Notes under the pieces: generated by a model | The model's database searches: none | Seen by the model: only the letters and a program-made list of their open reading frames with translations | Told to the model about the DNA's origin: nothing | Source: Candidatus Eremiobacteraceae bacterium | Lineage (GTDB): Bacteria; Vulcanimicrobiota; Vulcanimicrobiia; Eremiobacterales; Eremiobacteraceae | Length of the DNA: 64,000 nucleotides | Direction: 5' to 3' | NCBI GenBank assembly: GCA_035295225.1 | Contig: DATGJI010000016.1 | Span: 1,243 to 65,242 of the forward strand | Shown: positions 9,524-19,561 of the stretch, in pieces | Layout of the letters: every line of letters starts with the position of its first letter | Numbering within the stretch: position 1 is the first letter of the stretch | Program-made: the position numbers and the translations under genes

Positions 9524-12046
9524 ATGTTCAAGAAGGTCACGCCGCTCGCGGCGCTCATGCTCGCGGCGATTTCTCTTTTCGTCAGCGGTGCACCGGCACG
9601 TGCCGCCGCGACCGCATCCATCAGCGGCACCGTCGTCAACGAGTCGACCGGAGCGGCCATCAGCGGCGCAAAAGTCACGATGCTCGCCAACGGCGGATCG
9701 CAGAGCGCCACGACGGACAAGATGGGCAAATTCGCGTTCACCGGATTGACGCCCGGCACGTACGAGCTGAGAGCCTCGGCGTTGCAATATGTGGCGTACG
9801 ACACGTCGCCGTTCTCGCTGGCAGACGGGCAGCAGTTCCAATTGGCGGTCTTTCTGCAGCCGGCCAGCGGCAATGCGATCACGTCGCTCGGGCACGTCAT
9901 CGCGCTCGGTCACACCGCGTTGAACCATTCATCGTCTGCCGTGAATACCATCGTCGCCTCGACGCTTCAGGCGAAAGGCATAACGCAGATCCAGAACGGT
10001 CTGCAACAGCTCCCTGGGATCACGATTCAGCACTTCAATAACGGCGCGCCCGGCAACGTTGCGACCCTTACTATCCGCGGTGCAGGCGGCTTCGCGGGCG
10101 GCGCAAACACCGGCTATGAAGTTCTGGTCTTGCAAGATGGCGAGCCGCTTCGCAATGGCCAATACGGCGACTTTGATCTATCCACGCTCACGCCGGCGAT
10201 CTACCAACGCGTCGAGGTTGTGAAAGGCGTGGGCGGTACGTCGCTCTTCGGCGCCAACACGATCGGCGGCACGGTGAACCTTGTGACGCGCGATCCTCAA
10301 GCTACCGAGGGCGGCGAACTGATCTACGCTGTCAGCGGCTTCGGCACTCAAGATGTCAACCTATCAGAGACCAACACCGTGGGCCGCGTTGGTTACTTGC
10401 TGGACCTCCATCAGTTTGGGACCAACGGCTACATTCCGCCGAGTTACGTCGTGGACTATGGAAGCGGTCAAATATCGAATCCAACTCTCTACTTCGGGCT
10501 CAAGTCGCTTCTCGGAAAGGTCAAGTATCAATTCTCGCCGTCGACGTACGGCGTGATCTCAGCGACCGACGAGTCCGACATCCGCGATCAGTCCGGATTG
10601 CAATCGCAGCCGAACGGCTTTATCGCCGGATCAGGATTTCCGTCGTTCTTTGGATTCCCGGGCAACTACGTTACCAATATCCAGCCGAAGTACGCCTTCG
10701 ATCTCCACACGGCCCTTGCAGGCGGAAGTCTGGAACTCCGCACGTATCACCAACTTCTCTACCGAATCGTGGATGGAGAGAACGGCGCGACTCCCGCCGG
10801 TGGATGCTGCTACATCGAAACGGAATCCGACCGGCTGACCGGCGACCTCGCGATTTGGAACAAGGAGATGGGAAACAGCACGCTCACCATCGCGGCGGGC
10901 GGAAATGGCGACTATTTCAACTATGGAAGCCTGTTCAATTTCGACACGTTCACGCCGTCGACGCACATCCTTTTCACGCCGTCAGATTGCCGCAACTCGG
11001 GTAACTGCCAGGCCACTCAGATCGAGCGTACTATATTGGTGCGCGACGATGATGCGATCGGCTCGAAGTTCGACCTCACCGCAGCAGGCTATTACAGCGA
11101 CTACAACACGCTGAACGTGAAGAGATTTGATCCGCGTGTGGGTATCGTGAACAAGCCGGATAGCAACACCGTGGTACGAGCTTCCGTTGGCACCGGCTTT
11201 GCTGCACCGCGTCTCTCGGACCTACAGGCATTTCTCAACACCAGCCACTTCAGCGCCAGCCTCTTCTCCGGATGCCCGCAAACCGAACCGGCGTGCGCCG
11301 CATCAGCGGGTAACCCAAACGTCAGCTCGGAGACCGCACTCGGTTTCGACGTCGGATACGAGAAGTTGTTCGGGAGCGACGGGCATTTCAACATCGATCT
11401 GTATCGGAGTCTGTTGCACAACCACATCTTCTTCGGCTTCGAACCAGCCCCGCCGGGCACACCGACGTTTGACAACGGAACTCCGATTCTGTATCTTGAG
11501 CGACCAATCAATATCGCTGGAACGACGTACACCGGCATCGAAACGGATGCTACTATTCCACTTGGTGACCGATTTGATTTCAACCCATACTACAATATAC
11601 AATCCGCATACCCGACCGACGTGCCGCTGTCGACGCAACAGACATTGGGCAACGTCGTCGACAATCAGCAGTATCAGGGAGTGCCGCTCCACAAGTACGG
11701 GTGGTCCGTCGATTTCCATACACTGCCGCACACGACGACCGCAAGCATCGGGGCCGACTACTTCGCAAAGAATAACAACTTCAATACAGTACCGTTCTGG
11801 TCGTACAACGCATCGTTCAGCATGCCGGTCGGCGATAGCGAACTCCATATCGGTTGGGTCAACATCTTCAATACGCAGGCCGGACTGTGGTCGGTTTACC
11901 AAAGCGGCGTGCCATATCCGGGAGCAAGCGGCTGCACCGCGTTTGGTCCATGCGCAACCGGCAATCTGTATAAGACGACGCTGTTCCAACAAGCGCCGCA
12001 CATGCTAACGGTTACATTTGACCACAGGTGGGGTTCGCTCCACTAG
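9524..12046 (+). CDS. TonB-dependent receptor with N-terminal carboxypeptidase-regulatory-like domain
   Basis: GGAG 6 nt before ATG 9524; signal peptide MFKKVTPLAALMLAAISLFVSGAPARA; SGTVVNESTGAAISGAKVT..GKFAFTGLTPGTYEL; plug motifs TLTIRGAGG, LVLQDGEPL, VEVVKGVGGTSLFGANTIGGTVNLVTR; long beta-barrel. Confidence 0.85.
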   Translation: MFKKVTPLAALMLAAISLFVSGAPARAAATASISGTVVNESTGAAISGAKVTMLANGGSQSATTDKMGKFAFTGLTPGTYELRASALQYVAYDTSPFSLADGQQFQLAVFLQPASGNAITSLGHVIALGHTALNHSSSAVNTIVASTLQAKGITQIQNGLQQLPGITIQHFNNGAPGNVATLTIRGAGGFAGGANTGYEVLVLQDGEPLRNGQYGDFDLSTLTPAIYQRVEVVKGVGGTSLFGANTIGGTVNLVTRDPQATEGGELIYAVSGFGTQDVNLSETNTVGRVGYLLDLHQFGTNGYIPPSYVVDYGSGQISNPTLYFGLKSLLGKVKYQFSPSTYGVISATDESDIRDQSGLQSQPNGFIAGSGFPSFFGFPGNYVTNIQPKYAFDLHTALAGGSLELRTYHQLLYRIVDGENGATPAGGCCYIETESDRLTGDLAIWNKEMGNSTLTIAAGGNGDYFNYGSLFNFDTFTPSTHILFTPSDCRNSGNCQATQIERTILVRDDDAIGSKFDLTAAGYYSDYNTLNVKRFDPRVGIVNKPDSNTVVRASVGTGFAAPRLSDLQAFLNTSHFSASLFSGCPQTEPACAASAGNPNVSSETALGFDVGYEKLFGSDGHFNIDLYRSLLHNHIFFGFEPAPPGTPTFDNGTPILYLERPINIAGTTYTGIETDATIPLGDRFDFNPYYNIQSAYPTDVPLSTQQTLGNVVDNQQYQGVPLHKYGWSVDFHTLPHTTTASIGADYFAKNNNFNTVPFWSYNASFSMPVGDSELHIGWVNIFNTQAGLWSVYQSGVPYPGASGCTAFGPCATGNLYKTTLFQQAPHMLTVTFDHRWGSLH

Positions 12047-12132
12047 TCACGGGCTTTACCCGGGAAGGCGAGCCTTCGAACGGCGGCGTAGGTCCCGCGC
12101 GGGACCATCGCCGTCGTCCGGAGGCTTTTCAC

Positions 12133-13185
12133 ATGCGGCGTCTGTTCATGTTGGCGGCTGTGGCCGCGCTCATCGCGGGCTGTTCGAGTGGTGGCAGCGG
12201 GTCATCCGGTGCAAACCAGACGAACGGCGCCAAACCGTCGCTCAAACTCGCTATGGTCACCGACGTCGGCGGTCTGGGTGACAAGTCGTTCAACGACTCC
12301 GCAAATCGCGGGCTTCAGTGGGCCAAGACTCAGCTCGACGCACGGGTGACCGTCCTGCAGTCGCGCTCGGTGACGGATTACGAACCGAATCTTTCGACGC
12401 TCGCCGATCAGGGCAACGATTTGATCTTCGCGATCGGTTTCCTGATGCACGATTCGCTCAACGACGTCGCGCCGCGGTATCCGGCCACACACTTCGCCAT
12501 CATCGACTCGGTCGTCGACCAGCCCAACGTCACGTCCATCACGTTCAAAGAGGAAGAGAGCTCCTTTCTCGCGGGCGTGATCGCTGGGCTCGCGACGAAG
12601 AAGAACGTCGTGGCATTTCTCGGCGGCATCGAGTCGCCGTTGATCGAAAAATTTCAGGCAGGTTTCGCCGCCGGCGTGGAATCGGTGAATCCCCACGCGA
12701 CGATGCTCGTGAAATACACGGGCTCGTTCGACGACGTCGCCAGCGGCAAAGAATACACGAGCGTGCTCTACGATCAGGGCGCGGATATCGTGTACGCGGC
12801 TGCGGGCAAATGCGGGCTCGGCGCCATTGACGAGGCCCAAGCGCGGCCGTCGGGTTACTATGTTATCGGCGTTGATTCAGACCAAGACGCCATCGCGCCC
12901 GGCAAAGTGCTCACGAGCGCGCTGAAGCACGTGGATCACGCAGTGCTCGCTCTAGCAGCCGACGCTTCGCGTGGAGCCTATCCGCGCGGAACCCTCGTCT
13001 TCGGCCTAAAGGAGGGCGGAGTCGGCCTCACCGAGATGAAGTACACGCGCCGTTTTCTGCCGGCAGGTGCGCTCGCAACGGAGAAGGCCTACGAGAAGAT
13101 GATCATCGCCCGTAAACTTGTCGTGCCGTCGACGCTGGTCCAACTGAAGGCGTTCGTCCCGGTGCACCCGGCCGCAACGAAGTGA
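12133..13185 (+). CDS. BMP-family (PnrA-like) ABC substrate-binding lipoprotein, probably nucleoside
   Basis: ATG 12133; lipobox LIAGC; KLAMVTDVGGLGDKSFNDSANRGL. Confidence 0.85.
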   Translation: MRRLFMLAAVAALIAGCSSGGSGSSGANQTNGAKPSLKLAMVTDVGGLGDKSFNDSANRGLQWAKTQLDARVTVLQSRSVTDYEPNLSTLADQGNDLIFAIGFLMHDSLNDVAPRYPATHFAIIDSVVDQPNVTSITFKEEESSFLAGVIAGLATKKNVVAFLGGIESPLIEKFQAGFAAGVESVNPHATMLVKYTGSFDDVASGKEYTSVLYDQGADIVYAAAGKCGLGAIDEAQARPSGYYVIGVDSDQDAIAPGKVLTSALKHVDHAVLALAADASRGAYPRGTLVFGLKEGGVGLTEMKYTRRFLPAGALATEKAYEKMIIARKLVVPSTLVQLKAFVPVHPAATK

Positions 13186-14717
13186 TCCAAGGCGGCCCGG
13201 CCGCTCCACCGCCCGCGCTGTCGGCTCACGGCGTCACCAAGCGCTTCGGCGCGCTCGTCGCAAACGATTCAGTGGATTTCGACGTGCGCTTCGGGGAAGT
13301 CCATGCGTTGATCGGCGAGAACGGCGCAGGCAAGAGCACGCTGATGAACGTGCTGTACGGTGTGCTTCGCCCCGATGGCGGATCCATACAGGTTGAAGGC
13401 AAGGACGTCGCGTTCGGATCGTGCTCCGATGCGATGCGCGCCGGCATCGGCATGGTCTTCCAGCACTTCTTGCTCATCGAACGCTTCACCGTCGCCGAAA
13501 ACGTCCTGCTAGGACGCGAACGCACGCACGGCGGGTTCACCGACCGGCGTGCGGCCGAAGCCGAGGTCAGAGAACTTTCGGCGCGATACAAGTTCGGCCT
13601 CGATCCGAAGGCGCGCGTCGAAGCGCTCAACGTCGGCGCGCGTCAGCAGGTCGAGCTGCTCAAGGTCCTCGAGCGCGATGCACGCATCGTCATCCTCGAC
13701 GAACCGACCGCTGCGCTTGCGCCCGCGGAAGCGTCTGCGCTCTTCGATATCGTGAGACGCTTGCGTTCAGAGGGCCGAGCGGTCATCCTCATCGCCCACA
13801 AGCTGAAGGAAGTCTTAGCGCTCGCAGACCGCGTCACGGTTCTGCGGCGCGGCAAGGTCTCGGGGTCGCTGCCTATCGACCGCGCCGACGCCGCAACGCT
13901 TGCCACGCTGATGGTCGGTAAAGTCGTCGACTTGGATGCGCGCGAGCCGCGCCGCACGGCGCCGGGCGACATTGCGCTCGCAGTTCGCGGCCTCAACGTG
14001 CTGAATGACGATCGTCGGCCGGCCGTCCGCGGCGTGAGCCTTGACGTTCGTGCCGGAGAGATCCTGGGGATCGCCGGTGTCGAGGGCAACGGCCAGACCG
14101 AATTCGCAGAAGCACTGTACGGACTTCGGTCGCTCTCAAGCGGAAGCGTGACATTTGCGGGGCGCGACGTGTCACGGCTCTCCGCACGAGCGCGAAGGGT
14201 CGCGGGCATCCGCTACGTTCCGGCGGACCGGCAGCGCGAAGGGCTCGTGCTCGACTTCGATACCGCCGAAAATGCGTTGCTCGGAGACCAGCGGCGCACG
14301 AGTCGCGGCATGCGTCTCAACCTTTCGCTCGGGCGAAGTGCGGCACGCGAGATCGACGCGCGCTATGCGCTGGCGGGATTCGACCTGGCAAAGCCGGCAG
14401 GCGCATATTCCGGCGGCACGCAGCAGAAACTGATCGTCGGCCGCGAGATGACCGACGACACGCGGCTGTTGATCTGCGTGGCCCCTACCCGCGGCGTCGA
14501 TATCGGCGCCGCGGCGATCATCCATCGAAGGCTGCGCGACGTCCGCGACAGCGGAGCGAGCATCGTGCTGATCTCGTTCGACCTCGATGAGATCCGCGCG
14601 CTCTCCGACCGCATCGTCGTCTTCAGCGAAGGCCGGATCTCGGGCGAATTCGCAGCGGAGTCCGCGACCGACGCCCAGCTCGGCGCCTGCATGGCGGGAG
14701 TCGGTTCCGTTGCGTGA
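13182..14717 (+). CDS. ABC transporter ATP-binding protein, duplicated ATPase domains
   Basis: GTGA overlap with the upstream gene; GENGAGKST Walker A; two ABC domains; second signature YSGGTQQK. Confidence 0.9.
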   Translation: MIQGGPAAPPPALSAHGVTKRFGALVANDSVDFDVRFGEVHALIGENGAGKSTLMNVLYGVLRPDGGSIQVEGKDVAFGSCSDAMRAGIGMVFQHFLLIERFTVAENVLLGRERTHGGFTDRRAAEAEVRELSARYKFGLDPKARVEALNVGARQQVELLKVLERDARIVILDEPTAALAPAEASALFDIVRRLRSEGRAVILIAHKLKEVLALADRVTVLRRGKVSGSLPIDRADAATLATLMVGKVVDLDAREPRRTAPGDIALAVRGLNVLNDDRRPAVRGVSLDVRAGEILGIAGVEGNGQTEFAEALYGLRSLSSGSVTFAGRDVSRLSARARRVAGIRYVPADRQREGLVLDFDTAENALLGDQRRTSRGMRLNLSLGRSAAREIDARYALAGFDLAKPAGAYSGGTQQKLIVGREMTDDTRLLICVAPTRGVDIGAAAIIHRRLRDVRDSGASIVLISFDLDEIRALSDRIVVFSEGRISGEFAAESATDAQLGACMAGVGSVA

Positions 14718-15756
14718 TGCGCTGCGACACGCAGCCGGCCCGATAGGCGCGCTTGCGCTCGCGCTTCTCGTGTCGTCGTTTGTCATGCTCGCCTTCCACG
14801 CCAATCCGATCGATGCGTTCGGCGCTCTTGCGCGCGGTGCGTTCGGTTCGAAGCAAGGCTTAGCCGAAACGCTCGTCCAGACGACGGCGTTGCTTTTCGC
14901 AGGACTCGGCGTGGCCGTGGCGTTTCGCGCGGGCCTCTTCAACATCGGCGCCGAGGGGCAGCTCGTGGCAGGGGGCCTGTGCACGGCTGTCGCCGGAGCG
15001 GCGCTGCATCTTCCCGCGGTCGTCGAGATACCGTTATGTCTCGTCGCCGGCGCGATCGGCGGCGCGATCTGGGGCGGGATCGCCGGCGTCCTTCGCGCGC
15101 GATTCGGCGCAAGCGAAGTCATCACGACGATCATGCTCAACTACATTGCGTTTCTTGGGTCGAGCTATCTGGTCAGCGGTCCGCTGCGCGGTGACGTGAG
15201 CGCGCCGGAGACGGCGCCGATCGCCGCGACCGCGGTCATGGCGCCCATCTTCGCAAACACGCGGCTGACGGCGGCGTTGCCGCTCGCGCTCCTGCTCGCG
15301 CTGTTTCTCTGGTGGTGGCTCGGACGAACGGTCGCGGGCTACGAGCTGCGCGCGGTCGGCAAGTCAGAGCGTGCCGCGCGCTACGCGGGAGTAGACCCGC
15401 GCAGCGTCATCGAGCGCGCGATGCTCATGAGCGGCGCTCTTGCCGGGCTTGCCGGCGCGACTGAAGTCCTTGGCCTGCTGCACCGCTTCAACGCGGAACT
15501 GTCTCCCGGATATGGTTTCACCTCGATCGCCGTCGCGCTGCTCGGCGCGACCAATCCGATCGGCGTGATCCTGTCAGCCCTCTTCTTCGGCGCGCTGCAG
15601 AACGGCGCGCTCGCGATGCAATCGCTCGCCGGCGTGCCGAAAGACCTCATCGCGGTCGTCGAGGGTTTGGTGATACTCTTCGTGGCCGCGCGCAAGCTGC
15701 CGGTGGGCGTCAACCTGCTCGCGCGGCGTCCGGCGCGGATCGAAGGTGATGCGTGA
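14710..15756 (+). CDS. ABC transporter permease
   Basis: TTG 14710 overlaps the ATPase stop. Polytopic; typical BMP-operon permease. The upstream part of the 389-aa track ORF overlaps the ATPase gene. Confidence 0.8.
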   Translation: MRDALRHAAGPIGALALALLVSSFVMLAFHANPIDAFGALARGAFGSKQGLAETLVQTTALLFAGLGVAVAFRAGLFNIGAEGQLVAGGLCTAVAGAALHLPAVVEIPLCLVAGAIGGAIWGGIAGVLRARFGASEVITTIMLNYIAFLGSSYLVSGPLRGDVSAPETAPIAATAVMAPIFANTRLTAALPLALLLALFLWWWLGRTVAGYELRAVGKSERAARYAGVDPRSVIERAMLMSGALAGLAGATEVLGLLHRFNAELSPGYGFTSIAVALLGATNPIGVILSALFFGALQNGALAMQSLAGVPKDLIAVVEGLVILFVAARKLPVGVNLLARRPARIEGDA

Positions 15757-16619
15757 GCGCGCCATGGCTTCTCGCGCTCGCGGTCGCAAAGGTGCTGCCC
15801 AAGAAGGCCACGCCGCTCATCTTCGCCACGCTCGGCGGCGTCATCTCGGAGAACGGCGGCATCGTCAACATCGCGCTCGAAGGCATCATGGCCGGCGGGG
15901 CGTTCGCAGCCGTGGTGGCATCGTACCGGACGCACGATGTCGCGCTGGCGATTTTCGTCGCCGTGCTGACCGGCATGGCGCTTGCCGCGGTGCTCGCGTA
16001 TTTCGCGCTGGCGCAATCGGCGGATCAGATCGTCGTCGGCATGGCCATCAACATCTTCACGCTCGGCATGACGGCATATCTCGTCTCGACGGTCTTCGGG
16101 CAGCCCGGCGCGTCGCCTGAAGTTCCCGGTCTGAGGAACGAAGCGGTGCTGACGTGGATCGCGCTCGCGCTCGTGGTCGTCGTGCACATGCTGCTCTATC
16201 GCACCCGCGTCGGCATCCACCTCCGAGCCGTCGGCGAAGAGCCGCGCGCTGCCGCCACTGCCGGCATCAACGTCCTGGCCTACCGCTACGCGGCGACGAT
16301 CGCGGGCGGTGCTCTCGCAGCGCTCGGTGGTGCGTACCTCTCGGTCGGCGAGACGCATCTCTATTCTGACGGCATGGTGGCCGGCCGGGGTTTCATCGCG
16401 CTGGCCGCCGTGATCTTCGGTAAGTGGACGCCGTTCGGAGCGGCCGGAGCCTGTGCGTTCTTCGCGCTCTTCTCAAGTCTGCAGATCGTCCTGCAGGGCG
16501 GCGCACTGCCCGCGCAATTCCTCGAGATGCTGCCGTATCTGCTGACGATCGTCGCGATCGCGGGCTTTATCGGGCGTGCCCGCCCGCCTGCTTCGGACGG
16601 CATACCGTACGAGCGCTGA
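15753..16619 (+). CDS. ABC transporter permease
   Basis: GTGA overlap with the preceding permease; polytopic 288 aa. Confidence 0.85.
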   Translation: MSAPWLLALAVAKVLPKKATPLIFATLGGVISENGGIVNIALEGIMAGGAFAAVVASYRTHDVALAIFVAVLTGMALAAVLAYFALAQSADQIVVGMAINIFTLGMTAYLVSTVFGQPGASPEVPGLRNEAVLTWIALALVVVVHMLLYRTRVGIHLRAVGEEPRAAATAGINVLAYRYAATIAGGALAALGGAYLSVGETHLYSDGMVAGRGFIALAAVIFGKWTPFGAAGACAFFALFSSLQIVLQGGALPAQFLEMLPYLLTIVAIAGFIGRARPPASDGIPYER

Positions 16620-16660
16620 TCGTTAATGCGCGCGCCGCGCCCTGACGATACAATAGATAT

Positions 16661-17560
16661 ATGATGTGGCGTACCCTATCTGCCGCGTTGACATGCTGTC
16701 TGCTGCTCGCGGCCTCGAACATCCAGCCGGCGGCGATCGCAGATACGAACGACGCATGGCTTGGTACGCCGTTGACCGTACTCGAACCGGAGCTGGCGCG
16801 GCTTGCTTCGCTCTCGCCGGGCATCGTCGCTATCTCCGTCGCAGACTTGAGCGGCGGCCACGCGATAGCGATCAACGGCGACGTCAACCTGCCGGCCGCG
16901 AGCACGATCAAAATCCCCGTCATGGTCGAAGTGTTCAGGCAGATCGCGCAAGGGCGATTCAGCTTGGACACGACCGTCGCGCTCACGGATTCCGACCGCG
17001 ATTCGGGATACGGCTCGTTGTGCGACGCGCCGTGGGGCAGCCGCTATACGGTCAACCAACTCGTCATGCTCATGATCACCGAAAGCGACAACACCGCCGC
17101 CAACATGCTGATCCGGCTCGTCGGCCGGCAGAACATCAATGCGACGATGGACGGCCTCGGGCTCACCCAGACGCGTTTGGGCGACAGCATACGATCCGAC
17201 GGCGATATCCGCAGCCTGCGCACGACGTCGAATGAAATGATGCGGCTCCTCATCATGATCGCCGAGCGACGCATCATCACCGATGAGGCGTGCGATCGCA
17301 TGCTCTCGATCTTGGCCGCGCAGCGTCACAACACGCTGATCCCAAAAGATCTCCCCAAGGGGCTTGCGATCGCGCACAAGACCGGAACGCTGCACGACAC
17401 GCTCAACGATGTGGGGGTCGTCTACCTTGAAGGCGCGCCATATGTCATCTGCGCGTTCTCGACGCACCTCGAAGACCTCGACGACGGCGAACGCTTCATC
17501 CGGACGGCGTCAAAATTGACCTACCGGGCGTTCTTGACCGAATCTCCAACCGCTCGCTGA
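16661..17560 (+). CDS. class A beta-lactamase-related serine hydrolase
   Basis: Signal peptide; STIK (SxxK), SDN and KTG motifs in the correct order and spacing. Confidence 0.75.
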   Translation: MMWRTLSAALTCCLLLAASNIQPAAIADTNDAWLGTPLTVLEPELARLASLSPGIVAISVADLSGGHAIAINGDVNLPAASTIKIPVMVEVFRQIAQGRFSLDTTVALTDSDRDSGYGSLCDAPWGSRYTVNQLVMLMITESDNTAANMLIRLVGRQNINATMDGLGLTQTRLGDSIRSDGDIRSLRTTSNEMMRLLIMIAERRIITDEACDRMLSILAAQRHNTLIPKDLPKGLAIAHKTGTLHDTLNDVGVVYLEGAPYVICAFSTHLEDLDDGERFIRTASKLTYRAFLTESPTAR

Positions 17561-17686
17561 TTTTGTCGGCCTCTTTATCGAACAACCGTGCGTGACTTCG
17601 GTCACGACCGGACGGACTAGGGCACGCGCCGCTTCTCAGCCAGGTCCAATTCAACGATAGTCATTCTATAGGACTCGTCGTGCGGC

Positions 17687-19090
17687 GTGTCACGATTGGG
17701 ACGTGATGTCCGCCACGGCATGTATAAGGACGGATTGAGCACGCACGTCGCGGCGATAGACAAGCCACAAGTCGCGCACACCGAACGATGGCGCTTCGTC
17801 GCCACGCGCGCGTTTTACGTCCTGCTGGCAGCGTCCGGCGCCGCGCTGCTGCTCGCATTTCCACCGACGTTCGACACCCGTATCGGAACCGTGTTCGCGG
17901 TTATCATCGTGTCGGCGTTCGTCGTCTTCGCCGAACGATCGCAGACCGCTGCGGGTTCGACCGTAGCACCGCTGACCGCGATCATGGCCGCTTCGGCGGT
18001 CACGCTCGGGGCGTGGGCGATCGTCATCGGCGCGATCGCCGTCTCTACCATTCAGATCCGCAGACTCCGCGACGGCGACATCGCCCCGGCCGCAGCTCCT
18101 TTCGCGCTCGGATGTCAGATCGGTGCGGCGACGATAAGTTCCTATGCTATGCTTGCGATCTGGTCACTCTTCCGCGAGCTCATCGGGCGTTGGCCGATCG
18201 CTGAGCCTGCGATCTTCTTTGTCGGCGTCATCTGCGTCGGAATTGCGTGGCAATCGTCCACGAATATCCTCGTAGCGTTGGGCTCACGCATAATGGGATC
18301 TCGCTTTCCGGTTCTCGCGCTCGTTCGACCCGGCATCGTAGCGTCGCTTTATGCATACATGCTTGTTGCGATGTACAATTTTGGCGGAATACTGGCCACC
18401 GCCTTATTCTATATCGTCGTCGCACAAATAAATTTTGTTCAGCAGACGTTGGGCACATCGGTCAAGCTCTTGAAGCTTGAGCGCGCGCAAGAGCAAGCGA
18501 CGACGCTCGCACGGGATCTCTCGCATCTCTTAGAAGCCGAGTCGGTTGAGTTCGGCCGAGAGGTCCGCAACATCGCGCAAAGCATGGCACGCAGTCTTTC
18601 GATGAGCCGGCGCGAGGTCTCCATGGTTGGGCTCGCCGCCGAACTGCACGAGATCGGAAAGTGCCGCATTCCATATCGCATGCGCACCAATCTCGGCCTC
18701 TCGGAGGCCGAGATAGCTCAATATATGTCGTATCCGCGGATCGGCGCAGTGATGGTCCGGAGTTCGGATGCGCTGCTGCCGCGCGAGATCGCCGATTGGA
18801 TAGAGTTCCACCGAGAGCATTTCGACGGAGCGGGCGGACCGCGCGGGCTTCGCGGCGACGCGATACCGCTTGCGTCGCGAATCATCGCGATCTCACGCGC
18901 TTACGTCGCGATGCTTACGGGTTATGACGGAACTGAAATGGTGAACAAAGAGACAGCGCTCGCCCGCCTGAATGCAGGCGGAGGAGCGCTGTACGATCCG
19001 GGGTTAGTGGATCTGCTGGAAAGACTAGCTATGCAGGCCCGGGAAAATTCCCGTATCGAACGTGTGCATGAAGTGGCCGATGCTGGCTAG
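17687..19090 (+). CDS. membrane-anchored HD-GYP-like phosphohydrolase with degenerate motifs
   Basis: About 7 TM helices, then AELHEIGK (HE instead of HD) and HREHFDGAGGPRGL (GGP instead of GYP). Start GTG 17687 or ATG 17720. Confidence 0.7.
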   Translation: MSRLGRDVRHGMYKDGLSTHVAAIDKPQVAHTERWRFVATRAFYVLLAASGAALLLAFPPTFDTRIGTVFAVIIVSAFVVFAERSQTAAGSTVAPLTAIMAASAVTLGAWAIVIGAIAVSTIQIRRLRDGDIAPAAAPFALGCQIGAATISSYAMLAIWSLFRELIGRWPIAEPAIFFVGVICVGIAWQSSTNILVALGSRIMGSRFPVLALVRPGIVASLYAYMLVAMYNFGGILATALFYIVVAQINFVQQTLGTSVKLLKLERAQEQATTLARDLSHLLEAESVEFGREVRNIAQSMARSLSMSRREVSMVGLAAELHEIGKCRIPYRMRTNLGLSEAEIAQYMSYPRIGAVMVRSSDALLPREIADWIEFHREHFDGAGGPRGLRGDAIPLASRIIAISRAYVAMLTGYDGTEMVNKETALARLNAGGGALYDPGLVDLLERLAMQARENSRIERVHEVADAG

Positions 19091-19486
19091 CACGCCGCCT
19101 AGGCTGTGGAGGACGTTGTACAAAACGCCACCGAGTTCGTGAAGATGCATGGCTGAAGGGCTCCTTCTTTTCGGTCTTGCTCGCGAGCTCGGGCGCGGCT
19201 GACGTCCTTTACTGACTCCGTCTCTCGAGATCGCCGGCCCACGGCGGTCTCGGGATTCGAGAGTCTCGGACCCGGCTGTCGCGAAATTCGACCGGTAGTC
19301 ATACCGTTCGAATTTTGGGCAGCGTCAGTCCGGTTTCAACCGTCCTCGAAACTGTCTCCGAACGACTGCTGTCTAAACAGCAAGCGCTCGATGATGGTCC
19401 CCGCCTTCACAAGTGACCTCCATCACACCTTCTAGATTGATATCGTATCGTATGGACTGCTAAATTACCGTATCGTGGAAAGTTAA

Positions 19487-19509
19487 GGGGCCGGCTACAT
19501 GCCGGCCCC
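19487..19509. terminator. bidirectional intrinsic-terminator-like hairpin (GAAGGGGCCG hairpin family)
   Basis: GGGGCCGGC-TACAT-GCCGGCCCC followed by TAGCTTTTGG on + and TTAACTTTCC on -. Lies 52 nt downstream of the ilvE stop. Confidence 0.6.
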
Positions 19510-19561
19510 TAGCTTTTGGCGGGGGAGGACGCTTACATCGGCCTTCCGGGGGAGCAAACCC

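Noticed and set aside
9082-10041. The 319-aa plus-strand ORF, and the minus-strand ORFs 9319-9928, across the arginase/TBDR junction.
   Set aside because: They overlap well-supported genes in other frames and cross the AT-rich promoter spacer. Their composition is Arg-rich.
14172-16358. The long minus-strand ORFs 14172-15140 and 15381-16358.
   Set aside because: They are antisense to the ABC ATPase and permease genes. They are Arg/Pro-rich and have no TM or domain logic.
19240-19275. GGGATTCGAGAG resembling a tRNA T-arm (GGTTCGAATCC).
   Set aside because: I could not build an acceptor stem, a D-arm or an anticodon arm around it on either strand. It is part of a TCTCG/CGAGA palindrome set instead.
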